64,000 nt of DNA from Macrostomum lignano. Taxonomy: Eukaryota. Made by a program: the position numbers and the translations under genes. The notes beneath the pieces are model-generated. The model was not told the DNA's origin and searched no databases. It saw only the letters and a program-made list of their open reading frames with translations. The stretch lies in NCBI GenBank assembly GCA_002269645.1, contig NIVC01002350.1, forward strand, positions 1 to 64,000, read 5' to 3'. The number at the start of each line of letters is the position of its first letter. The stretch's first letter is position 1. This document shows positions 10,990 to 22,300 of this stretch, piece after piece.

Positions 10990-11442
10990 TCAGGCTGTAA
11001 TCTGGTGGCCATCGCCAGCAGCGGGCGGCCGCCCGGTCACGCTGATGGAGGTCACATTCGATTGCTCCCGTCGAGTCTGCTCATCTTCGTCGCGATGCTG
11101 AACATCATCTTCATCATCCGCTCTCAGATGCTGGCGCGGCTGCTGCTGATGCTCGTCAGCGAACTTGATGAGGTCCTGCTGGGCGACATCCTCCAGACTG
11201 GCTGACCGAGAGATCGGCGGCCAGGCGCCTTCGTCCTGCACCAGCTCGTCCCGGATCCGCTCGTACTCTTTGCGAGCCTGACGACCGCGCAGTCGGCGGC
11301 GAAGGCCGCGGATGAACAGGCGGAATGCGGTGCCGTCGACCAGCTCCTCGGCGATGTTGCTCAGCAGGAAGTTCATCAGCACGATGCCGAGTACGAGTGC
11401 GGTGAACTGCAGACTCGGACTGTCCATGGGCATCTTGACCAG
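10990..11442 (-). CDS. ATP13A3: ATP13A exon 15 (last TM helix + C-terminal tail)
   Basis: CCCTCAG|CTG; LVKMPMDS...[19 protein letters not shown]; stop at 10990. Confidence 0.9.
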   Translation of the reverse strand: MVKMPMDSPSLQFTALVLGIVLMNFLLSNIAEELVDGTAFRLFIRGLRRRLRGRQARKEYERIRDELVQDEGAWPPISRSASLEDVAQQDLIKFADEHQQQPRQHLRADDEDDVQHRDEDEQTRREQSNVTSISVTGRPPAAGDGHQITA

Positions 11443-14400
11443 CTGAGGGTTAGATGGAGTCGGGTTAAAGTACATATATATGCGAGTGCCTATATATAAA
11501 CGTCACACAGGCAATTCTGCCCATTCCTCTGACTCCTGAGCACTATACAAGCGCGTCAATACTGTACGCAGGCACAGCACTCATGCACATGCTCACACAG
11601 GGTGTACTGCAGCCCTTTGTTGACTTTCTAATGGTCAAGCATGTACATTCTGTGTGTGCTTTGGGGCTGGCACTATCACAGCAATATTCTCGATAGCAAT
11701 TCACCTCAAGAAAGTTGAGTAGCCAAGGAAACGGTTTGATAGTAACGTAGATGCTAGCTCCGATCACTAGCAGCAGATTGACCAGGAATAGGCCTGCGGG
11801 CGGAGTGGCGACATCGGGGATGGTGCAATTTTGTTTAGCAAAGGGGCGGATTCGGGATGGATATTGGGGCGGATTCGGGATGGATATTGGGGCGAATTCG
11901 GGATGGATATTGGGGCGAATTCGGGATGGATATTGGGGCGAATTCGGGATGGATATTGGGGCGAATTCGGGATGGATATTGGGGCGAATTCGGGATGGAT
12001 ATTGGGGCGAATTCGGGATGGATATTGGGGCGAATTCGGGATGGATATTGGGGCGAATTCGGATGGATATTGGGGCGAATTCGGGATGGATATTGGGGCG
12101 AATTCGGGATGGATATTGGGGCGAATTCGGGATGGATATTGGGGCGAATTCGGGATGGATATTGGGGCGAATTCGGGATGGATATTGGGGCGAATTCGGG
12201 ATGGATATTGGGGCGAATTCGGGATGGATATTGGGGCGCAGTTGACGTGGATATCGGGGCGGGTTTGAAGTGGATATAGGGGCGGATTTAAAGTGGATAT
12301 AGGGGCGGATTTAAAGTGGATATAGGGGCGGATTTAAAGTGGATATAGGGGCGGATTTAAAGTGGATATAGGGGCGGATTTAAAGTGGATATAGGGGCGG
12401 ATTTAAAATGGATATAGGGGCGGATTTAAAATGGATATAGGGGCGGATTTAAAATGGATATAGGGGCGGATTTAAAGTGGATATAGGGGTGGATTTAAAG
12501 TGGATATAGGGGCGGATTTAAAGTGGATATAGGGGCGGATTTGAAGTGGATATAGGGGCGGATTTGAAGTGGATATAGGGACGGATTTGAAGTGGATATC
12601 GGGGCGGATTTAAAGTGGATATAGGGGCGGATTTAAAGTGGATATCGGGGCAGATATGGGGCGGATTCGTGGTGCTTATAAAACAGATTACGTAAAAGTA
12701 GAAAAACTATTCAACAAAGCTACTCACGGTTGGACGGTATGGTGAGCCTGTACGGCTGAGACTTGGAAAATGCCACAGCCAGGGTGATGTACTGAAAGGA
12801 GGACACCAAGTACACTGCCGTATTCTCATAGCTGGCATACTCGTCAGCCGTAATGTCCATGTGAAATGGAAAAAACCAATCCTGAGTCTGAACGTATAGA
12901 AAGGCCAACGTCTGGAAGGCGATGTTCAACAGAGACTGCAGACAGATCGACGCGATGGTAACCGTTGACATTAAACGCAGACTTGGCGCCTCCTTTGACA
13001 GTTGCGGATAGGCCTTGGTGTAGCCAAACGTGATGCTGAGAGTAGTGATGATGAACAGGTCGATGTAGAGAAACTGTCCATCAGTGAGGTTGGCACCGAT
13101 GTAGTACAGGATGAGGCAGGACACGAACTGCGTGATAGAATAGCCAGCCATGAATTTGAAAGTGCCAAACGAGGTCACGATGGCGCAGCGGCCCTCCCTG
13201 ATCAGGGTTGGCACGCAGGAGATGTTCTGCTCCTTGGAGGTGAACGGCGAGGCCACGGAGGCTTCGGCTTCGCTCAGCGAGATGCCGGCGTGGGCGGCTT
13301 TTAAAGCGCCGCAATCGTTCGCTCCGTCGCCGCACATGCCGACTGTGTAGCCCACCTGGGGAGGGCGAGGGCGAATGGGAAAGTTGTGAGTCTGCCGCCA
13401 GATTTGGGGCGGGTTTATGGTAGATTTGGGGGTGGATTTATGGTCGATTTGGGGGCGGGTTTATGGTAGATTTGGGGGTGGATTTATAGTAGATTTGGGG
13501 GCGGATTTATGGTAGATTTGCGAGCGGATTTATGGTAAATTTGGGGGCGGATTTATGGTAGATTTGCGAGCGGATTTATGGTAGATTTGAGGGTGGATTT
13601 ATAGTAGATTTGGGGGCGGATTTATGGTAGATTTGAGAGCGGATTTATGGTAGATTTGAGGGCGGGTTAAGGGTAGATATTTTATTTCAATTTAAATCTA
13701 GTACTATCAGTACTATAAGTAGTTGCAAACAAGCAGCTGCATAACGCAGATCTCTAACCTGCTGCAGGGATTCCACCAGCTGAGCCTTCTGATCAGGCGA
13801 GAACCTGGCAAACACGGTGCCCTTAACCACCAGCTTGGGGATCAGGTGCGGAAAATGATTGCGCACAATCTCCCACGATCGGCCAGTCATAGCCAGGTGA
13901 TAATTGCCTTCTTTAATGTCAATCTCAGGGTCGCGAGTGTTAGGCAGGGAGTAGGCGTGCTCGGGCACCACCTCATGCACTTTGCGCTGCAGGTCGCCAG
14001 CGTAGTGAAAGTCCAACTGCGCCTGGAGTGGGGCAGCATGGGGTGTTTAGGATTACACTGAGTACAGCATGTGCAGTGAATGGCTGGCTGATGTACATGT
14101 ACCTCAGCTATTTATACATTCAGTTGCTTTTAGTGCTTTTTCAGTATTCCTGACTCCTGCACATAGAATGTACACTCTTGACAACACACATGGGATGTAC
14201 ACTCCCCTGTAACATGGAATGTACACTCCTGACAACATACATGGGATGTACACTCCTGACGCATGGAATGTACACACTCCTGACAACATACATGGGATGT
14301 ACACTCCCCTGTAACATGGAATGTACACTCCTGACAACACATGGGATGTACACTCCTGACGCATGGAATGCACACACTCCTGACAACACATGGGATGTAC

Positions 14401-17400
14401 ACTCCTGACACATGGAATGTACACAATCCTGACACATGGAATGTACACAATCCTGACACATGGAATGTACACACTCCTGACACATAGAATGTACACAATC
14501 CTAACGCATGGAATGTACAATCTTGTCCTGACTGACGAAACGAACATTTCTTTACACAGAATGTTTTTACTGCATTTAAAAAATAAAAAGAAGCACAAAA
14601 AACTCAGTCTACTAACAGTAGCTAGTGAGCATTTGAAATTATATAAAAATACGAATTTCCAACCGCATCGGTGGTCCCACGCCAGCACTAGCAACAAAAT
14701 TACGAATTATAATTTAGGTCACAAGTTTCCAAGACAACCAGATATTATCAAGCATAGATATACGGTACAAGATTGCAATTGGAATAGTCTCTGATCATGC
14801 ACCACACTGGTGTAGCAAAAACTATAAATAACGTCACAGTCTAACATAGCTGCTACATATTCAGTGGCAAAAATGCGAAATAAAACAATTTCTACAGGTC
14901 AAAGTTCAACTGCGTGATTTCAGTTTTATCCGATCAGTATAGGCAAGTGCAGCCATGTTTTATGAGATTAGATTTGAAAAACTAAGTAAAGCATTTGAAT
15001 AATTTATGCATTAACCCAGATCCTCGCTATTAAAAGTGCACACAAAAATTCAACAGGCACTATAAAATAGGAGGGGTGCTAAAAAGTTTAGTCTGCGGCG
15101 CTAAATTGGCGCTAGACTCTTACCTGCGGCGCTACCCTCATCTAAGGCGCTAAATTGGCGCTAGAACCTTACCTACGGCGCCACCCTCATCCTAGGCGCT
15201 AAATTGGCGCTAGACTCTTACCTGCGGCGCTACCCTCATCTTAGGCGCTAAATTGGCGCTAGAACCTTACCTACGGCGCCACCCTCATCTTAGGCGCTAA
15301 GTTGGCGCTAGACTCTTACCTGCGGCGCTACCCTCATCTTAGGCGCTAAATTGGCGCTAGAACCTTACCTACGGCGCCACCCTCATCTTAGGCGCTAAAT
15401 TGGCGCTAGACTCTTACCTGCGGCGCTACCCTCATCTAAAGCGCTAAATTGGCGCTAGACTCTTACCTGCGGCGCTACCCTCATCTAAGGCGCTAAATTG
15501 GCGCTAGAACCTTACCTACGGCGCCACCCTCATCTTAGGCGCTAAATTGGCGCTAGACTCCCCTACGGCGCTACCCTCATCTTAGGCGCTAAATTGGCGC
15601 TAGAACCTTACCTACGGCGCCACCCTCATCTTAGGCGCTAAATTGGCGCTAGACTCTTACCTGCGGCGCTACCCTCATCTAAAGCGCTAAATTGGCGCTA
15701 GACTCTTACCTGCGGCGCTACCCTCATCTAAGGCGCTAAATTGGCGCTAGAACCTTACCTACGGCGCCACCCTCATCTTAGGCGCTAAATTGGCGCTAGA
15801 CTCCCCTACGGCGCTACCCTCATCTAAGGCGCTAAATTGGCGCTAGAACCTTACCTACGGCGCCACCCTCATCTTAGGCGCTAAATTGGCGCTAGAACCT
15901 TACCTACGGCGCCACCCTCATCTTAGGCGCTAAATTGGCGCTAGAACCTTACCTACGGCGCCACCCTCATCCTAGGCGCTAAATTGGCGCTAGACTCACC
16001 TACGGCGCTACCCTCATCTAAGGCGCTAAATTGGCGCTAGACTCACCTACGGCGCCACCCTCATCTTAGGCGCTAAATTGGCGCTAGAACCTTACCTACG
16101 GCGCCACCCTCATCTTAGGCGCTAAATTGGCGCTAGAACCTTACCTACGGCGCCACCCTCATCTTAGGCGCTAAATTGGCGCTAGAACCTTACCTACGGC
16201 GCCACCCTCATCCTAGGCGCTAAATTGGCGCTAGACTCACCTACGGCGCTACCCTCATCTAAGGCGCTAAATTGGCGCTAGACTCACCTACGGCGCCACC
16301 CTCATCTTAGGCGCTAAATTGGCGCTAGAACCTTACCTACGGCGCCACCCTCATCTTAGGCGCTAAATTGGCGCTAGAACCTTACCTACGGCGCCACCCT
16401 CATCCTAGGCGCTAAATTGGCGCTAGAACCTTACCTACGGCGCTACCCTCATCTAAGGCGCTAAATTGGCGCTAGACTCACCTACGGCGCTACCCTCATC
16501 TAAGGCGCTAAATCGGCGCTAGACTCTTACCTGCGGCGCTTCCCTCATCTAAAGGCGCTAAATTGGCGCTAGAACCTTACCTACGGCGCCACCCTCATCT
16601 TAGGCGCTAAATTGGCGCTAGAACCTTACCTACGGCGCCACCCTCATCCTAGGCGCTAAATTGGCGCTAGACTCACCTACGGCGCTACCCTCATCTAAGG
16701 CGCTAAATTGGCGCTAGACTCACCTACGGCGCCACCCTCATCTTAGGCGCTAAATTGGCGCTAGAACCTTACCTACGGCGCCACCCTCATCTTAGGCACT
16801 AAATTGGCGCTAGAACCTTACCTACGGCGCCACCCTCATCCTAGGCGCTAAATTGGCGCTAGAACCTTACCTACGGCGCTACCCTCATCTAAGGCGCTAA
16901 ATTGGCGCTAGACTCACCTACGGCGCTACCCTCATCTAAGGCGCTAAATCGGCGCTAGACTCTTACCTGCGGCGCTTCCCTCATCTAAAGGCGCTAAATT
17001 GGCGCTAGACTCTTACCTGCAGCGCTACCCTCATCTTAGGCGCTAAATTGGCGCTAGACTCTTACCTGCGGCGCTACCCTCATCTAAAGCGCTAAATTGG
17101 GTTGGCGCTAGAGTCCCCTACGGCGCCACCCTCATCTAAGGCGTTAAGTTGGCGCTAGACTCACCTACGGAGCTAAACTGGGGCTAGATTCTCACCTAAG
17201 TCGCTAGATTCTCACCTAAGGCGCTAGATTCTCACCTAAGGCGCTAGATTCTCACCTAAGGCGCTAGATTCTCACCTAAGGCGCTATAATCTCACCCACT
17301 ACGCTACATTGGCACAAAACTCTTACGGTCAGTGGGACTGTTGCGGCTCCCTTGCCAAAAAAATAATAATTTAAGAAACTAAATAATAGCAAACCTGAAA

Positions 17401-19291
17401 TGGCGGCTGGGCAGGCGTGGCCTGGACCAGGATAACAGCGTCCCTGTCGCCAATCATATCGCAGTCCCTGGCAACACTCAACGCCGTGAGGATATTATCC
17501 CCAGTGACCATGACTGGTCGGATTGACGCGTTCAACAGCTGGTGAATGACCAGGGTGGTCTGCGGCTTCAGCCGGTTCTCCATCACTAACAGGCCAAGGA
17601 ATATTAGGTCGCGCTCCACGGACTCTCGGGCCAGCTTTTGCACCTGGATTGGGTTGGAGTGGGGGTTGCTATTTAGTTTCTTCTGACTCTGAGCTAAATC
17701 CACTTCCGGTTAAATCCTTAATCCAATGCAGCTGATTCACTTCCGGTTAAATCCTTTAATCTAATGTGGCTAAATCCACCTCCGGTTAAATCCTTAATCC
17801 AATGTAGATAAATCCACTTCCGGTTGAATCCTTAATCCAATGTGGCTAAATCAACTTCCGGTTGAATCCTTAATCCAATGCAGCTGATTCACTTCCGGTT
17901 AAATCCTTAACCCAATGTAGATAAATCCACTTCCGGTTAAATTCTTGGTCCAATGTACGCTCGTAGCTGATTCACTTCCGGTTAACTCCTTAATATAATA
18001 AGGATAAATCCACTTCCGGTTAAATCCTTAACCAAATGTAGCTTAATCCGCGTGTAGTTGAATCTACTTCCGGTTAAATCCTTAATATAATGAAGATAAA
18101 TCCACTTCCGGTTAAATCCTTAACCAAATGTAGCTTAATCCGCGTGTAGTTGAATCTACTTCCGGTTAAATCCTTAATATAATGAAGATAAATCCACTTC
18201 CGGTTAAATCCTTAACCAAATGTAGCTTAATCCGCGTGTAGTTGAATCTACTTCCGGTTAAATCCTTAATATAATGAAGATAAATCCACTTCCGGTTAAA
18301 TCCTTAACCAAATGTAGCTTAATCCGCGTGTAGTTGAATCTACTTCCGGTTAAATCCTTAATATAATGAAGATAAATCCACTTCCGGTTAAATCCTTAAC
18401 CAAATGTAGCCAAATTCACTTCCGGTCCCAAGCTCCGGGGCCTACCTTGAGATAGCTGACCCGCAGCGGTTTGTAGGCCAGAGCCAGCACCCGATAGCCC
18501 TGTCTAGTATAGTGCAGCAGCTGCTCGCTGAACCTGTCAGGCAGCGAGTCCGGCCTACTCAAGGCTTGCACCATCTCTGGTGAGCCTTTCACGTAGGCGG
18601 TGAAATGATCGGCGCCAAGTCGTCTGGCCACTACAGACATTCGCTGCAGGCTGGAGCTAAACGGAAACTGACGGATGATGCCCAGCTGGTAGGGCAGCCG
18701 GTCAGGATCGATGCTGTCAATGTTGTCCACCGGTTCGGAGCCGGGCGGCCGGACAACTGTGGACACCAGCTGGTCGAATTTGCGATAGTCATCCTGCTCG
18801 GGCTCCTCCAGTACCCAACGGGTGCCTTGAAACATTTTCAAGTCCAGAGGATCGCCGGATAGTTCGCCGCGTATTCTGGTGAGGGTGTGGCACACGGCCA
18901 TGACCTCCAGCAGAGGGGATGGAGACGGCAGACTGTGCGGCTCCGGGTTGGGGCTCTGCGGCGGCCAAGGGGTGAGGGAGATACGACAGATGTGATTGAG
19001 ATCGTGGAGATGAAGGATAAGGGAGGTAGAGAAGTGAGAGGAGTGAGAGGAAAAGTAAGAGGACACAAAATGGGGAGAGAGAGAAGAGACAGAACACACA
19101 CTAGAGGCAGACACTGATAGAGAGAACAGACTGAAGGGATAGACCCTAATAGAGAGGATAAACACTGAATGGAGAGACAGACAGGCAGACAGACAGACGG
19201 ACAAGACAGACAAATAAACGGATACTAAGACAGACAAAAATGTATACAGACAGACAGACAGGTGGGCAGACACTAAGACAGACAGACAGAT

Positions 19292-19322
<31 letters not shown>

Positions 19323-22300
19323 TAGACAGACAGACAGACAGACAGGCAGACAGACAGACAAACAAGCAGTCCTCACCTGGAATCTCCGCTCCTCAACGGG
19401 GACAACACCCCACAAGTCCAAGCCGTCCTCAGTCAGGGTACCAGTCTTGTCGAAGCACACGGCATTGAGGCCGCCAGAGATATTAATAGTATTCGGAGCG
19501 ATGCAGAATATGTTAGCCTTGCGCAGTCGAGTCTGGGCAAACACAATGCCTACTGTCATAGCGGCTGGCAGAGCTGGCGGTACTATAATAGTGATCAGAT
19601 CCAGCGCCCTGAGCATGATCTTTCCCACGGGATAATCCCTGTGCAGCATGAGCACTATAGTATAGATGAACCCGGCCAAAGCGAACAGGCTGAGCACAAT
19701 CAGATAGTGCACAATGTCCTTATTGAATTTGAACTCAATCGGCTTAGGGAACAGAATCGATCTGACCATTTCGCCTTTGGCTGTGGCAAATCCTGTCCGA
19801 AGAACCACCGCGCGAACTCGGCCGCTTTCTACGAAACGCGTCTGAATGACGTGAGTGCCACAGAACAGCACGTTCTTGTTGTGATCGCGGGTGCTGATGG
19901 GCCCGGACTCGGCCGCGCTCAGCGGAGTCTTCAGCACCGGGACACTCTCGCCAGTGAGCATGCTCTCGTTCACGATGCAGTTGCCGGAGACCAGCACAGC
20001 GTCGCACTGCATCACGCAGCCGCCTTTGGGAATCTCGATTACATCTCCGGGTACGAGCAGGTCCGAGTTGATGGATACGTAGTCTGCGGGGATAGGGCTT
20101 GCGTGGCTACAATCTGCTACTGAATCTGCCTCTCCGCCTACAATCTGCTACTGAATCTGCCTCTCCGCCTACAATCTGCTACTGAATCTGCCTCTGCGCC
20201 TACAATCTGCTGCTGAATCTGCCTCTCCGCCTACAATCTGCTACTGAATCTGCCTCTCCGCCTACAATCTGCTACTGAATCTGCCTCTCCGCTTGCAATC
20301 TGCTACTGAATCTGCCTCTCCGCTTGCAATCTGCTACTGAATCTGCCTCTCCGCTTGCAATCTGCTACTGAATCTGCCTCTCCGCTTGCAATCTGCTACT
20401 GAATCTGCCTCTCCGCCTACAATCTGCTACTGAATCTGCCTCTCCGCTTGCAATCTGCTACTGAATCTGCCTCTCCGCTTGCAATCTGCTACTGAATCTG
20501 CCTCCCCGCCTACAATCTGCTACTGAATCTGCCTCTCCGCTTGCAATCTGCTACTGAATCTGCCTCTCCGCTTGCAATCTGCTACTGAATCTGCCTCTCC
20601 GCCTACAATTTGCTACTGAATCTGCCTCTCCGCCTACAATCTGCTACTGAATCTGCCTCTCCGCCTACAATCTGCTACTGAATCTGCCTCTCCGCCTACA
20701 ATCTGCTACTGAATCTGCCTCTCCGCTTGCAATCTGCTACTGAATCTGCCTCTCTGCCTACAATCTGCTACTGAATCTGCCTCTCCGCTTGCAATCTGCT
20801 ACTGAATCTGCCTCCCCGCCTACAATCTGCTACTGAATCTGCCTCTCCGCTTGCAATCTGCTACTGAATCTGCCATTCCGCTTACAATCTGCTACTGAAT
20901 CTGCCTCTCCGCTTGCAATCTGCGACTGAATCTGCCATTCCGCTTGCAATCTGCTACTGAATCTGCCTCTCCGCTTGCAATCTGCTACTGAATCTGCCTC
21001 CCCGCCTACAATCTGCTACTGAATCTGCCTCCCCGCCTACAAACTGCTACTGAATCTGCCATTCCGCTTACAATCTGCTACTGAATCTGTCTCTCCGCCT
21101 ACAATCTGCTACTGAATCTGCCTCTCCGCTTGCAATCTGCTACTGATTCTGCCTCTCCGCCTACAATCTGCTACTGAATCTGCCTCTCCACTCACAATCT
21201 GCTACTGAATCTGCCTCTCCGCTTGCAATCTGCTACTGAATCTGCCTCTTCGCCTACAATCTGCTACTGAATCTGCCTCTCCGCTTGCAATCTGCTACTG
21301 AATCTGCCTCTCCGCCTACAATCTGCTACTGAATCTGCCTCTCCGCCTACAATCTGCTACTGAATCTGCCTCTCCGCCTACAATCTGCTACTGAATCTGC
21401 CTCTCCGCTTGCAATCTGCTACTGAATCTGCCTCTCCGCCTACAATCTGCTACTGAATCTGCCTCTCCGCCTACAATCTGCTACTGAATCTGCCTCTCCG
21501 CCTACAATCTGCTACTGAATCTGCCTCTCCGCTTGCAATCTGCTACTGAATCTGCCTCTCCGCTTGCAATCTGCTACTGAATCTGCATCTCCGCTTGCAA
21601 TCTGCTACTGAATCTGCCTCCCCGCCTACAATCTGCTACTGAATCTGCCTCTCCGCTTGCAATCTGCTACTGAATCTGCCATTCCGCTTACAATCTGCTA
21701 CTGAATCTGCCTCTCCGCTTGCAATCTGCTACTGAATCTGCCATTCCGCTTACAATCTGCTACTGAATCTGCCTCTCCGCTTGCAATCTGCTACTGAATC
21801 TGCCTTCCCGCCTACAATCTGCTACTGAATCTGCCTCTCCGCCTACAATCTGCTACTGAATCTGCCTCCCCGCCTACAATCTGCTACTGAATCTGCCTCT
21901 CCGCCTACAATCTGCTACTGAATCTGCCTCTCCGCTTGCAATCTGCTACTGAATCTGCCTCTCCGCCTACAATCTGCTGCTGAATCTGCCTCTCCGCTTG
22001 CAATCTGCTACTGAATCTGCCATTCCGCTTACAATCTGCTACTGAATCTGCCTCTCCGCTTGCAATCTGCTACTGAATCTGCCTCTCCGCCTACAATCTG
22101 CTACTGAATCTGCCTCTCCGCTTGCAATCTGCTACTGAATCTGCCTCCCCGCCTACAATCTGCTACTGAATCTGCCTCCCCGCCTACAATCTGCTACTGA
22201 ATCTGCCATTCCGCTTACAATCTGCTACTGAATCTGTCTCTCCGCCTACAATCTGCTGCTGAATCTGCCTCTCCGCTTGCAATCTGCTACTGAATCTGCC

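Noticed and set aside
11751-12279. Gly/Trp-rich repetitive ORFs
   Set aside because: All three frames are open because of the 23-bp array; intronic and antisense
19641-20123. 160-aa plus-strand ORF, and other antisense ORFs over ATP13A and Gfi-1 exons
   Set aside because: Shadow ORFs of GC-rich coding sequence
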